A stretch of 64,000 bases of DNA from NCBI RefSeq assembly GCF_002571385.2, contig NW_019217914.1:194552-258551 (forward strand), given 5' to 3'. This DNA comes from Stylophora pistillata (lineage: Eukaryota). Positions within the stretch are counted from its first letter, which is position 1. Every line of letters starts with the position of its first letter. Below are positions 25,501-36,870 of this stretch, in pieces. The translations under genes and the position numbers were made by a program. The notes under the pieces were generated by a model that did no database searches, was not told the DNA's origin, and worked only from the letters and a program-made list of their open reading frames with translations.

Positions 25501-25995
25501 TCTTCTTCCCTCGTTGATAGTATCCGAGCAACACTTACTTCGGCAAGAGTCGGCTGCTTCATCGCTTAACTGCTTGGTTGCTGAAGCAGAAGGCCAAGGA
25601 CTACACTGACTTTCTTCATTGCAAGAATCCATCTCGTCATCGCTGCAGCTCCTGGGCTGTTTTGAACAAGAAGACGTACACGGGTTTCTTGCCACTTCTT
25701 CTCCATACAAATCTTTCCCATCCTCACAACAGCTTTCAGTTAGTCCTGATGCAGAAGCACAGCATGGCTTGCTCATCTTTTCTTCGTTACCACAAGTTTT
25801 GGACGGATATAGATCTATGGAATTCAAACTACTACGCCATTTTGCCTCAGAATTACACTTAGTTGCAATCTCACCATCTTTCAGGAAGGGAAAAGCATCG
25901 TCCAAATTTTGATCTCCATGGTAACAATCGCCGCATTCGCAAGAGTCTTCGGGTAATTCATCCGAACAACAGTTGCAGTGAAATTCTTGACACAT
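22537..25995 (-). CDS. P1B-2 type Zn/Cd-transporting P-type ATPase (plant HMA2/3/4- and ZntA/CadA-like) with Cys-rich N-terminal extension
   Basis: Uninterrupted 1152-aa ORF. HMA domain with ICCAME (CCxxE); A-domain SGES; membrane CPC; DKTGT; SHP; TGDN; GDGVND; Lys in SIILK and Asp/Gly in LADVLG. AG acceptor at 26009-26008 just upstream of the ATG; AATAAA on - at 21948-21943. Confidence 0.93.
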   Translation of the reverse strand: MCQEFHCNCCSDELPEDSCECGDCYHGDQNLDDAFPFLKDGEIATKCNSEAKWRSSLNSIDLYPSKTCGNEEKMSKPCCASASGLTESCCEDGKDLYGEEVARNPCTSSCSKQPRSCSDDEMDSCNEESQCSPWPSASATKQLSDEAADSCRSKCCSDTINEGRRDEPVKGSCCSQVKSPQEKEDTSSEKTSGQLAQTNTTTEREIPQRNSTESGGPSRNPSLDCCGRTVEDDCGDSCQTSGNCTDKDSGRPSSSAGASSVLTRCETGGPCRTSRGQVTCQLRNPRLTITCSPVEDNCCQSQACNGFTLKPRGDDCCQKSQLKLSVEQLCDGNRSVNRISMTDRSGFYPITPPLSPGIQELDDSSKKKPVIRQSTTKLRVQNICCAMESALVQESLEPLEGVKSIAVNVIGRVVYVRHDPEVTSATELVSTLNRMHLGASIMETGSRQYDEDNKSLPPSLSTFLIYLLFQTVLLMTGVVAFFCDASWYKWPAIAEIVFGIFPVLKKTYVSIKTCSVDINILMLIAIGGTLGIEEWLEGAAVVYVFSFAEALQNFCMYKVQRTISGLMLKAPQAAILANTGESVSVESVAIGTAIAIRPGELIPLDGEVVKGRAAVDESSVSGESVPVEKTVGSKVFSGTVNQNGYLEVKTTSDASSSTVSRVAQLVQEAQTSSARTEVAINRFAKYYTPTLVVVATLVFVIPAILGAAGVGTYSQELKKWGVRALVLLVTACPCALVMSTPIAVICSITAAARKGALIKGGVHLETLAQLQVLAFDKTGTLTEGKFQVVDIDCVFGVRERAALRLAAALESKSSHPLAAAIVKEFSGCVAEMVKSRSSSLPEVTRFKLHEGQGVSGYVDGQFVQIGNYEFLNNVGNKALYKCMEEKYITWCNESKTVIFVAVDGKLAMMIALADTIRPNSLSALDWLRKARVQTAMITGDNSRTAMAVKSKLGLVECIADMKPQDKLLWIKERQGGTQSEECEMHGEDQQARECVLPCAFCCPRRRYNVVKSGNSDKNIVGMVGDGVNDGPALAAANIGIAMGAGGTALAVEAADVALMSNNLAKIPELVLLGRFCSRVVAENISFSIILKLAIVITALAGKAALWMAVLADVLGLLFVIVNGLRPLRWNVVKNEIAFPAIARPSYYYESYV

Positions 25996-26469
25996 CGCTA
26001 GTCTATTCTATAAGAAAAAGAGATAAAACTAAATTGTAATTAAACAGTTCATCGACAAAGACTATCTGCCCAATGTAACGACTTAGAAATCAGAATTGCT
26101 GACCAAATTATCAAGAGAGTCGACAAGACCAAATCTTTGGGTCTTACTATAGATGCCCAACTCTCTTGGGGTAGCCACGTTGAAGAGATCTGCAAGAAAG
26201 TCTCTTCAGTTATAGGCGCCCTAAAACGTGTACGACCCTTTTAGCAGCCAGAATTATTACTAAATTACCCTTTGATACGAGCTTAAACCACCTTCTCTCC
26301 ACCCTCGATTGGGAGAGGCTATCTCTTCGACGAGAGAAACAAAAAGCCCTAATGATGTATGAAATTATAAACAACCTTACTCCCGAATATCTACAAAGTC
26401 TTTTCTGTGAAGGTGTAGTCTGATCGTCCGGGTGAGTGTAGTCCTGAGAAGGACTGTTGTCGGTGGCAG

Positions 26470-26514
26470 TGACTGACGTTTCGACAACCTGTGCGGAAGT
26501 CATCATCAGAGTCA
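26470..26514 (-). ncRNA. Minimal hammerhead ribozyme in Penelope pLTR (left-arm copy)
   Basis: Reverse-complement mirror of 27660-27704. Confidence 0.82.
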
Positions 26515-27659
26515 AGTGAGTGATTGTTGTCAGTAGAATGTTCTTATTCCAGTTCGTGTGAAATGATCGGTTGGTTTTGCCGTGATGTTATTGGCTGTAA
26601 GACTCAAGTGACGTAAGTCGTTCGTGATTGGTCTGTTTCGGTCTGTCGGTAAAGCTAGGTTGTTCTTTTTCGGTCGTTTGTGATGTTTATGTCGTGAATG
26701 AGTCGTTTGTATGGGGCGGGTAGTTGTTGACATCTGTTTAGGGGAGTCTGTTCTAAGTTAGTAAACCAGCTTTCCAGAGTCAGTCGTTGAAAATAGTCAG
26801 TGCTGTAGGTTAGGCATTGCGCAGAGTCCCAGTCAATGTTGTGGTTGGTAAGTCGATGGTGTTCAGCAATGTGATTGCTGACATCACCTTTCCTCGTCGC
26901 CCGTCTGTGTTCAGTCAGTCTTGTTGTGAGGTTTCTGCCAGTCTCACCGATGTAGGAGGCTTGGCAGTCGGAACAATTGATCTTATAAATCGTTCCCTGT
27001 CTGTTCCTCGGTTCGTCTTTGTCTTTAACGTTGGTTAGTAACTGACGTAGTGTGGTGATGGGTTTGTGGGCGACGCGGATATTGAAGGGTAATATCCGCG
27101 TCGCCCACAAACCCATCACCACACTACGTCAGTTACTAACCAACGTTAAAGACAAAGACGAACCGAGGAACAGACAGGGAACGATTTATAAGATCAATTG
27201 TTCCGACTGCCAAGCCTCCTACATCGGTGAGACTGGCAGAAACCTCACAACAAGACTGACTGAACACAGACGGGCGACGAGGAAAGGTGATGTTAGCAAT
27301 CACATTGCTGAACACCATCGACTTACCAACCACAACATTGACTGGGACTCTGCGCAATGCCTAACCTACAGCACTGACTATTTTCAACGACTGACTCTGG
27401 AAAGCTGGTTTACTAACTTAGAACAGACTCCCCTAAACAGATGTCAACAACTACCCGCCCCATACAAACGACTCATTCACGACATAAACATCACAAACGA
27501 CCGAAAAAGAACAACCTAGCTTTACCGACAGACCGAAACAGACCAATCACGAACGACTTACGTCACTTGAGTCTTACAGCCAATAACATCACGGCAAAAC
27601 CAACCGATCATTTCACACGAACTGGAATAAGAACATTCTACTGACAACAATCACTCACT

Positions 27660-27704
27660 TGACTCTGATGATGACTTCCGCACAGGTTGTCGAAACGTCA
27701 GTCA
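27660..27704 (+). ncRNA. Minimal hammerhead ribozyme in Penelope pLTR (right-arm copy)
   Basis: Stem I tgact/agtca; CTGATGA 27665-71; extra U; stem II gac...gtc; GAAA 27692-95; ACGT palindromic stem III; GUC ending at 27699. Confidence 0.85.
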
Positions 27705-30700
27705 CTGCCACCGACAACAGTCCTTCTCAGGACTACACTCACCCGGACGATCAGACTACACCTTCACATGTTACCCCCGGGTTCAAACCATTTACTGCAA
27801 AGTCTTTTCTCTCAGCGACACTCTGTGTACGACATAAGAAACTCTGAGGGTAGGCTGGCCTTGTCCAAACCAAACACCAATTATTTGAAACGAAGCTTCT
27901 CTTACAGCGGGACCATATTATGGAATAAATTGCCCAAAAACTTAAAAAATGCTTCATCCATTAACCATTTTAGGCGAAATCTTAACGTAGTCGATATATA
28001 GGATTCCCACACGGCAATCATGTAAAGCAGTTGATTAATCTTAGTTTTTATTATGTAACTGATGATTTTCCGTGTTTAAATAAAGATTTACATACATACA
28101 CATACATCCAACTGTTACTTCTCATCATAAACAAAACATGCTTCTCTTAAAGATAAGGTCTTGCGTGACAAGACCCAAAAAAATTGATGATGCGGTAACG
28201 TAACCGAGACTCGTTCGTCACTTTCCCCGTAAGTCACACCAAAGCGTGCGCTAAATTGAAGCGTTACGTTCGCCAAATTACGTGGCATTCAAGGAAAGTG
28301 ACTACACTGACTACCCACAAATCAGCTACGGTGGAACGAATAACTTGCTACCTATCACATAAAAAAGCCAAACGTGGATGCATTAAGATGGTCATAAATA
28401 AAAATAAAATCGTTTATTAAAAAACCACAACTTGCAGTTATAAGCTGAACCACTTGTGTTATATACAACATGTTTGAAAATTCAAACTACAAAAATTCCT
28501 AACTATACTAGTATTAATTTTCTATTTACAATTGTTGTTTAATTGCAAAGTGCATTATGAAAGTATTTCTAAACCTCTTTGTTTTCACATTCGGGATTGA
28601 AAACAACACGTCTAGTCCTAAAATTATATCACTTGCTGTCATTATAACTCTCGGTCACACCCGAGTCTGCTGCTTGTCACCAGACAGTTGGAGCCTTTAA
28701 ATTCCACACTTCTAGCCCTGTTTGTTCGTTCTGCTCTCAATTGAAATTTCGAATTTTGATAGAGTTTTGATTTGCTTATCGTGGTCCTTTCACAAATTCA
28801 TACATACCTTAAAAAATTTTTCAAAGATTCGGCAACGATGGTAGTGTTTCACCAGCTTTTCAACACGTAATAAATCACGAAAAGAGATTGTGAAATACTA
28901 ATGTCGACGTGTGAAGAGCAAGCTTCATGATTGGCTAATTCAATTTCGTCACGAAATCTTCTGAAACTGGCAGTTCAAGATGTCATGAAATGTATCCGTC
29001 TGATTTCGGGAATTAGATATTTTGTATTTCGTTAAAATTGTGCAAGCTTTTCTTCTTCCTTTCATATTTAACTTAAGTCTCATTCTTTGATTGTACATGC
29101 TTCCTGCCCTGGTAATTAACGGACAGCAAGCTGATTGCATACCTTCAGATACTCCTTGACCCTTCACGTTGTTGGCTTCAAAATACTTTGATACAATCTG
29201 TTACCTTTTAAACATTAAAAGAAAAGAAATCGTGTTGTTTATCGCAGTTTCTCAGTGCCGGAAGGGAGATAAGGAAGATGTTCAAAGTTAATGTCGCATT
29301 TATCTAAAAGTTAGCCATAACGGTCTACAGTATCCTTAAATCGAAGGGCAAAATCGCATAGAATGACTCGCTTGTGCGGACGAACCTTTAAAGTACTCAT
29401 ACTTGCAAAATTTACGAGAGAGAGAAAGAAAAAAAATTTCGGGGCGTCAGTAGAATCATTTGACCTCGCGACTGGTTAATTCTGAATTTTTTTTGCCCAA
29501 CGAGTCAGGATTCATCAGGAATTTTTGTTTTCGATATTTGTGATTTTCTTTCTTTCTTTTCTTCTTTTTTTTTTTTTTGCAATACATCACGAAATTCGGC
29601 TATTCCCCAAATTAATGATTCCTTATAATTTCACCATGAAACGTAATTTCCCTTCAACCCCTGTGGTCAATTTGTGAAGCGGTGGAGAACTGACTCGTGC
29701 ATTCGTTACCGTTAAGAGAAAATCTAACCTAGTCTTGGGACTTTTCGGCACTGTACTGTATCGATTGCGATTAGATTTACAATACCAGGTAAATTAAAGC
29801 GACAAAACGTAAACAATCCTGCAACTCCGCCTTGCATTTTGGACCTTAAAAAACGTTATTTCGGTTTGTACACAAAGCTCACAAATACACGCCTCTTGCT
29901 CACCTTACATAACAGAGGGGCGTTACCGATAGTCACAACAAACGCCGGCTTGTATTGATCCGCTTCTAAAAAAATTCTCGCGATCTCCCTTTAAAATGTT
30001 ATGTTACGTAGGACTATTTAGCACACTTTCTCCACACAAAAACTTGGCGCGTTTTCAGATGAAAACTTCAGTTCTTCGCTGGCCAAAGGCCAAATTTCAA
30101 CTGTTAGCATGTGGTACACCGGAAAATCAAACAACTTAGAATCAACATGAAGCTTTGGAAAGTCGACACTACTTTACACTGATAAGGAACTGCGAGGGAA
30201 GTTATTCATTTGCAAGTGTAAAGCAGTATTTTTCCGACATAAATTGAAAGGTAAAGCATTTTAAAATTTTCATAAGAATGCCATGGGCCGAATAAATCAG
30301 CTCATTGGCGAAGGAATGATACCTCTATGTAACATCAAATTTTGCAAAGACACGCTTTAAACGCAAATCTTGTTTAGAAACTCGGTAAAAACAGAGACAG
30401 ACTTACGATGAAAAGTCTGCGGCGTCCAAAATCGATCCGAAAACAAACTACTGATTCATTTTGTTTTATCTACCTTCAAGCTTTGATAAGCATTCACAAT
30501 AACATGTCATAACTTCTTTCAAAAGGATCATCTATCTCACAACGTTTCCATACCGAAAAAAAACAAAGAGTATAAAGTAAGACAAACTTGCATGTAAGAC
30601 TGCTAAGTAATCATTTGGTTTTCGCTTCGCTAATTCTACGAATTTGCGCGCAAATTGTAGACACTGCATGTCCGCCGCAAGGGAAAACAGCAGAGAAAGA

Positions 30701-32887
30701 AAAACAAGGAAATAGAATTCCACCAGATCTGTCGCTCAATAGTGAAACAAAAATATTAATAATGGCAACAAGATCAAACAAGCAGATCTATGCATCTTTG
30801 TCAACTTACAGCTCCGACGCCGCGCGCTGCTCCATAATTATGTCAGAGCCGAAACAGTATTTAAATCCTAGCTATTATAAGCCATTGATATAAATTAGTA
30901 ATATAGAAATGATGTAAATGCACCATTTCACAGTCCACTCACTCATTTGTTACAGTGTTTTTCTTTCATTGTTATCATGGTCACCCCATCTACCTGAACG
31001 ACACCCATATACTCAAAATAATTCTCTACGTAAAAAAATACAGAGACTACTAGACAACTCTCTGATATATGTTCGCAAATTATTTTCTACCTTGAGCAGT
31101 ACCATTAATACTTCAATGGGCTGCTACCATCACTAAGTCGCTTATACAACAAAGGTAAACGCCACTTGTGGTTAATAAAAAAATAATGCACGAACTTTTA
31201 ACTTGTGGTGGTGATCATAAGGCGTTCTATCGAAGTGATGGATAATCATTAAATGGAGAAAAAATACTTTACGCCCACTGACCTATCCGTCGTTTAGCTG
31301 CCTGCGCTATGCGCAGCAAATGATCATTATCCCCAAAAACCACGTACAAATCTCAGTTGAAATAAGCTAGTAACTGGAACATGGCAGTAGATCTCAGCAA
31401 CAAAAATCGTCCATTTACGTAGAATACATTCTAAATTATAACAATCATAATTAACAAAATGGTCGGCAACGTTAAACAGGTGATCGAAAAGTTACTTACA
31501 AAGTAAACGTAGTCTCAATATAAAGCTTCCAAGGTCAGTGTTTTTTTCGCAATTGGAAGTTTCCCAAGGTGTGGTCGTAGGTAAATTAAGAGTAGAACGG
31601 GTGGCCAAAATGGCACCCATTCAAATCTGCAATTACAATTTTTCAAACATGGATCGTGGAAAAATATTGCAAATGTCGTCGAATTGGTTTTACACGGACA
31701 AATAAACAAAGAATAAGTTGTGAAAAAAATTTTATAGGTCTTAACTTAAATCACGAATTTCTTACCAGGAAACAAAAATTTTGCTCTTTGAATAAACAAA
31801 GAAGAGATTTGAATCCACAGCATTTAGTAATATCTCCAAATGAACTGAAAGCCAAGTAATTAAAAACAAGGATATTTGGGAATTCAAAAGTAGATTTTGT
31901 ATTGAAATACACAGCAAAAGAAATGTAAACAAAATTTGTTATGAACAAACATCACAGACAAAAGAATCTGGCAACATTTTGAATACTCATCTTCACCTGT
32001 TTAAACCAAGAAAACACAATGTTCAACAAACACATCTCAGTTATCAGCTCACCATAGAAGTGATAAGCTTTCCAAGAATTTAACTTAGCCACAATCTGCT
32101 AACTCCCAAATAATTGGTATATTACTCAAGAATGTCTGGCAGCCTGTCCTGAATAATTACATATCCAAGAGTTGTAGCATTTAAAAGAACACTGAAGCTT
32201 TGAATGCAAAACCTTGCATGGCAGAGAGACTGTTTAACCATTTTAAACAGGCAACTCCTTCCTACATCATCAAATTTTTGAGTAAATAGATTGAAGGAAT
32301 TAAGCAAATGATCAATTTGAAGATATACAATTTATTTTGTACCAGATTCTCTGATATAACATGGAATGATAAATCTGGAACTTGCTAAGGAGAACGTCGC
32401 CCTCGATCTGAGGAGAGGAAGTGTTCACACATTTCTTGAGAGTATTGGGGTATGCAACACAGATGATCATCAATGTTCATGAAATTCTGAAAAATTTCAT
32501 TGGAAAAATTGTGAGGATAACAATATTAACTGGAACAACACTGAAAAAGCTGAAAAATATGCATTTCATTTTCGCTCTGTCTTCCAATCAGAGTCAATAT
32601 CTTGTTACAAAATGAACAAAAAAACATTGCCCAATTCATTCACATAAATTTTGAGAGTTACACCCACTAGCTGGAAAATTCTTTAACATCTTACACCATG
32701 ACAAGTTCCAAATATCCCCATAAAGAAAGTTCACCAGGTCACACATGAGCTGACTCTCATACCATGGGTCAGATAAATTCAGAAGGATTTCATAGAATAC
32801 TTCAGTCCTTCCTAATAGGTACATCTTGGAAGGGAACCATTATATCAAGTCAAGGTCTCATCACATTGAAACTCTGTATTCTCTTAA

Positions 32888-33733
32888 GGTGGCTGAACAC
32901 AGTTTTTGCGTGCACTTTTGCAGATGCAATTCAGCATGTGCACAAGGATTGCAAAAAACAAACATGCGGTCAATAGAGCGGTCATTTTATTTACTCAACA
33001 CGTATTTGCACTATCTGTGCTATTTTTCTCTATAGTTGGTGCAGTGTACTGAGGGCTTTAATCTTTTATTACAAAGACATGTTAGGAAAGTTAATGGTGC
33101 AAAGAACCCAGCAATTCTCAGCTTTTCCGCTGTTACCAAAAGAACCCAGTTGCGCTTTTGAATATTTTATAGAAAAGGCGCAATACAAATAATAAATGTT
33201 ATTGTTATAACCCAGTTAAATGCAGCCCATGCGTAGTAAGTAAAAAAATTGCGATTGAATGGAAAATTGCTTTCTTGGTAATATGCCTATTTCTTGAGAA
33301 CCACTCATTAGAATTTCACCAAATTCTGTACGAAAATACTTAGGAAATAAGTAACTGGAGTATCGAAAAAATTGATTTTTAACAAGGAAATTCTAGATAA
33401 TCAAGTGAACATTCAACAAGGGATAATTAAATATCTCTCTGTTAAATTGTTAGCAAAATGGTGTTAACTTGTGGGTATCGTTAAAAGCTCGTTGCATGCA
33501 AATTATAAAGAAAATCTAATGACTAGATTTTCTACAAATAAACAAAAACCGATGTTTAAAGGCCTATTTATATTTATTCATGTCGCCATGGCAATGAAAC
33601 ATATGTCAGCTTAACTATCAAAAAAAGTTTGTGTTGTTAACTTTCTTGCTGCCAGTTTTGGCGACCAAGAGATCAAGGGTTTTAGAGAAAATGGTGAAAG
33701 AAACACAGGTAGCAAAAACTGTGTTCAGCTACC
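32888..33733. mobile_element. Kolobok-like non-autonomous DNA transposon
   Basis: TTAA on both flanks (32884-87 and 33734-37); 22-bp TIRs ggtggctgaacacagtttttgc / gcaaaaactgtgttcagctacc with 1 mismatch. Confidence 0.8.
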
Positions 33734-34582
33734 TTAAGCATTTAGCGAGTGCAGCAAACTTTCTCTTATGGTTCTGGAAACATCCCTTTAAAAGATGGTG
33801 TTTGTCACTGACTACACATAAATACTTGGGAGAAGAACAAATTTAGCATCACCAGCTGCAGATAGAGGGTAGAGAAGGGGTGAGGGATTCTGATCTTGTT
33901 TTATGCTCAAATTTTAGAAAAATTCTTGTGTCACATGTACTTTAACCAGTATTTCATGCCTTAAAAGTTAAAAAGGGAGAACTACAAATCTCACCTTAAC
34001 TCGCCTTACTGTAAAATTCACACATCATGTTAATTTTGAACCTAATTACATACCACATTGGCCACCCTTACAATAAACCTATGATTTTTTGATGCTTTGT
34101 TCAGATGCTCTATTGCTGAGCTACAAAAACAATACCCTCTATTTGGTGCAAAAATATGTATGAATATTTCTGTTAGCACATTTTCCATTCCAAGACAGCT
34201 GTGAGCTTTGAAGAGCAGATGATATCCAAGGACAAATATCTGTACATATTTCGTCCAAAGTAGAGGCTTTTGTGTTATTAGCCCTCAAGTTTTTTGCAAC
34301 ATTTATGAACAGCTTACTGCATGCAGCATAATTTGTATTGTCTGACAACATGAACAGAAAAAGGTTTTCCCGACTCTTCTATGACAACCACAAAACCCTC
34401 TCTCACCTTGAATCAAATTTGAAATGAAGTCTTATTGGTCTTATCGTAGTGCACATTAGGTTTGAAAATCAGGGAATATCACTTGGGTGACACTCGCGGA
34501 TATCACCCAGTCTTAGCTAGGGTATATTTAGACCGACTGTGTACCAGCAAAAATATTTGATGGATCATAATGGATACCATTA

Positions 34583-35041
34583 CAGTTAAACTTCAATTAT
34601 CCAGACCTCAATTGTCCACATTTCTAGATTAACCCGACTTTTTCTCTGGTCCCAATTTTTTCACGAATATTTATTAGTCATGATCAAGATCTGTAGCCAT
34701 ATTCTTTTTAAAACTACAGCATTGAAAAGTGAAGTTAAGGCAATGTTCTTCTTTAAATCAAACTGACTTACTTCAACATTTTAGGCCAATGTAAAAACAT
34801 TTTTCATTCATTTTAATTGTTTGTAGACAGGTATAGAGGTATTCGTGTAGGACAGTGAACATGTAGACCGTATCTTTTTCAAAACGATTTGTACATGTTT
34901 TGTTTCAGGATTATATGTCGCTTTCTTAATTTCATCACATTTTATTCCTCATTAATAGTCATATTCTCAATTATCCGGACCCTCGATTATCCGAACTATT
35001 TCGTTAAGTCCCAACGAGTCCGGATAATCGAGGTTCGACTG
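34583..35041. mobile_element. Tc1/mariner (pogo-like) MITE
   Basis: TA flanks; termini cagttaaacttcaattatcc / ggataatcgaggttcgactg; subterminal attatccgg repeats. Confidence 0.75.
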
Positions 35042-35999
35042 TAGTAACTAAGCCACCAAATGAACTTCAGTTTTCTGGATGTGACACCTCAGGACACAGA
35101 GGGAAATGAGGAAACCCTGTTTCTGATTTCAGGATTTTTTTTCTTAAAATAACAGTGAAATTTAAATATGGAATTATGCCCCTGAAATTTTACGTCTTAA
35201 TGTACATCTAGACGAATATCTACAATCCATTTAAGTCGTGTGTTTTCATTTTATGTTAGTGGGTAAGATCATAGTTTGTGTGATACCCTCAAGGTTTTAC
35301 CGACTCTAATAAATGCAGATGTTAAGACAAAACAGCGATGGAAATCACGAGTTGGAAGATTTGAGAATTGCTTTATTCCTTCCCTTGTTACTGTTCATCG
35401 CAGTTGGAAATAAACATCGACATTATCTCTCGATCAGAGGCCTTTACAACAACGAAATTATACGTGTACACGGCTTATCTAAATAACGAAAACGCTGTTT
35501 GCAAGCAAATAACATATACAGTATCAGCGTCGTGTCCCGGTGCCCTCAATTTCGAAAAGAACCTTGCAATCGATTGAGTAAAACTGAGCTCTATGCCGGT
35601 AATTGCTTTTTTTTTTTTTTTTTTTTTTAATGTAACAGAGATATGGATATGTGATGGCGTCTTTGTCCACGGTTAAAACAGCAGCGTAACAAACGCCTTT
35701 TGTAAACGCGTTACAAGTTTAATATGATTCACTAACCTTTAAGGTGAGAACGATACGATCTCCTTCACTTCAAAAGAAAGAAAAACCTTCGTCAACTCGT
35801 TCATAAGACAGTCACGCACGAATCCGTATTATAAGGCTGATAGTCCGCCCTCAGGACCCACCGTAGACTAATGAAGGGTTTTACCCAACGAAGAACTAAG
35901 AACTGATGATAGATATCTTGAGCCTGCGAAACATCGAGTTGGTCAGTAGAGTACTGAAATTTAGGTATGTGGTGTAAGAAGATGGGGTGTTGACCCTCG

Positions 36000-36059
36000 C
36001 CGGAAGTGAAGTTGACGTAAGCTTCTTGCTACCAGAAACACACTGTTATTGAACACGTG
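36000..36059. promoter_or_regulatory. STX6 proximal promoter motifs (ETS, CRE-like, E-box)
   Basis: CCGGAAGTG 36000-08, TGACGTAA 36013-20 and CACGTG 36054-59, clustered ~160-215 bp upstream of the STX6 ATG. Confidence 0.45.
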
Positions 36060-36215
36060 ACTGATTAATGGCAGCGATTGTCAACTGTGAAGCTTTCAGC
36101 ATCTTCGAGTATTCAACAGTATTTTAAGCTTGTATATCGGCCTTTCCCAGCGTATATTACCTTTACCCCTTACCTAAACGACATTTTAATGTTTTAAAGC
36201 CGTTTTGGTCAAGAA

Positions 36216-36250
36216 ATGTCTCTGGAGGATCCGTTTTTCGTCGTCAAAGA
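36216..36250 (+). CDS. STX6: Syntaxin-6 exon 1
   Basis: ATG...MSLEDPFFVVK followed by a GTAAGT donor; matches the syntaxin-6 N-terminus. Confidence 0.9.
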
Positions 36251-36870
36251 GTAAGTATATTCCCCATGTCGTTGTTTTCTTTTTTGTGGAATTCTGCGTT
36301 TCTGTTTACTTTGAAAAGGAGAAATGTCGTACGATAGGAATTGAGCTAATATAAAAGCTGTCTCTTTTTTGTGATCTAAATTCCTGTACAAAACATAATC
36401 TTTTCAGTAGTGTTTGGGTTGCAGATTGCTGAGTTCATTTCTTTCAATTCTAATATACCGTATATGTAAGCATAAAAATTATTTACGCTGAAACGCTAAT
36501 TTTTTTTTTTTGCTTGATCCTGTAACTGTTTTTCTAAGAGCCCAGGGTATATCTTTCGAGACTTAAACTCATCGAGAAATATTTCAGTGATTGATTTTAT
36601 ATCAAGGAATACTCAGAGATAGCTACGAAGGAAGTATTCTTTTACTTTCTTGTTTTATAGTACAACCGGATGCGTTTATTCTAATTTCGTGATGGCTGTT
36701 CTTGCCAACAACATCGATTTATTTACGTTTTTGTAAACAATACGTCACTGTGCTATTTTCAGTGTTTTATTGATAGCGCTACCAAGAAACATCTACTTCT
36801 AGAGTTTCTTCTGGTTTTAAGTAATTTAAAGCAATTTGAAATGAAGTAAGCAATGAAGACTGCTAAAAAT

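Larger units (their letters stand above)
26407..27797. mobile_element. Penelope-like retroelement: 5'-truncated GIY-YIG endonuclease end plus pLTR, duplicated as an inverted repeat
   Basis: GTIYKINCSDCQASYIGETGRNLTTRLTEH on both strands. Arms 26406-27083 and 27091-27768 (678 bp) with a 7-nt loop. 13-bp TSD caaagtcttttct at 26394-26406 and 27798-27810. Confidence 0.93.
26070..28107 (+). mobile_element. 5'-truncated L2/CR1-type LINE, split by the Penelope insertion
   Basis: KSLGLTIDAQLSWGSHVEEICKK...LMMYEIINNLTPEYLQSLF resumes after the insert as SQRH...YLKRSFSYSGTILWNKLP. Tail aataaag followed by (acat)n at ~28080-28107. Confidence 0.8.

Noticed and set aside
22598-25912. Several ORFs overlapping the ATPase
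   Set aside because: Antisense or alternative-frame shadows of a long coding sequence, with no domain motifs.
26655-27519. Two overlapping 155-aa GIY-YIG 'genes' as a bidirectional nuclease system
   Set aside because: They are mirror images of one truncated Penelope ORF end; their start codons arise from reading through the palindrome centre.
28808-28935. Candidate 5' UTR exon of the ATPase (AAG/GTATGT donor at 28807, CCAAT nearby)
   Set aside because: Plausible, but other donor-like sites exist (e.g. ~29900) and it cannot be fixed without transcripts.
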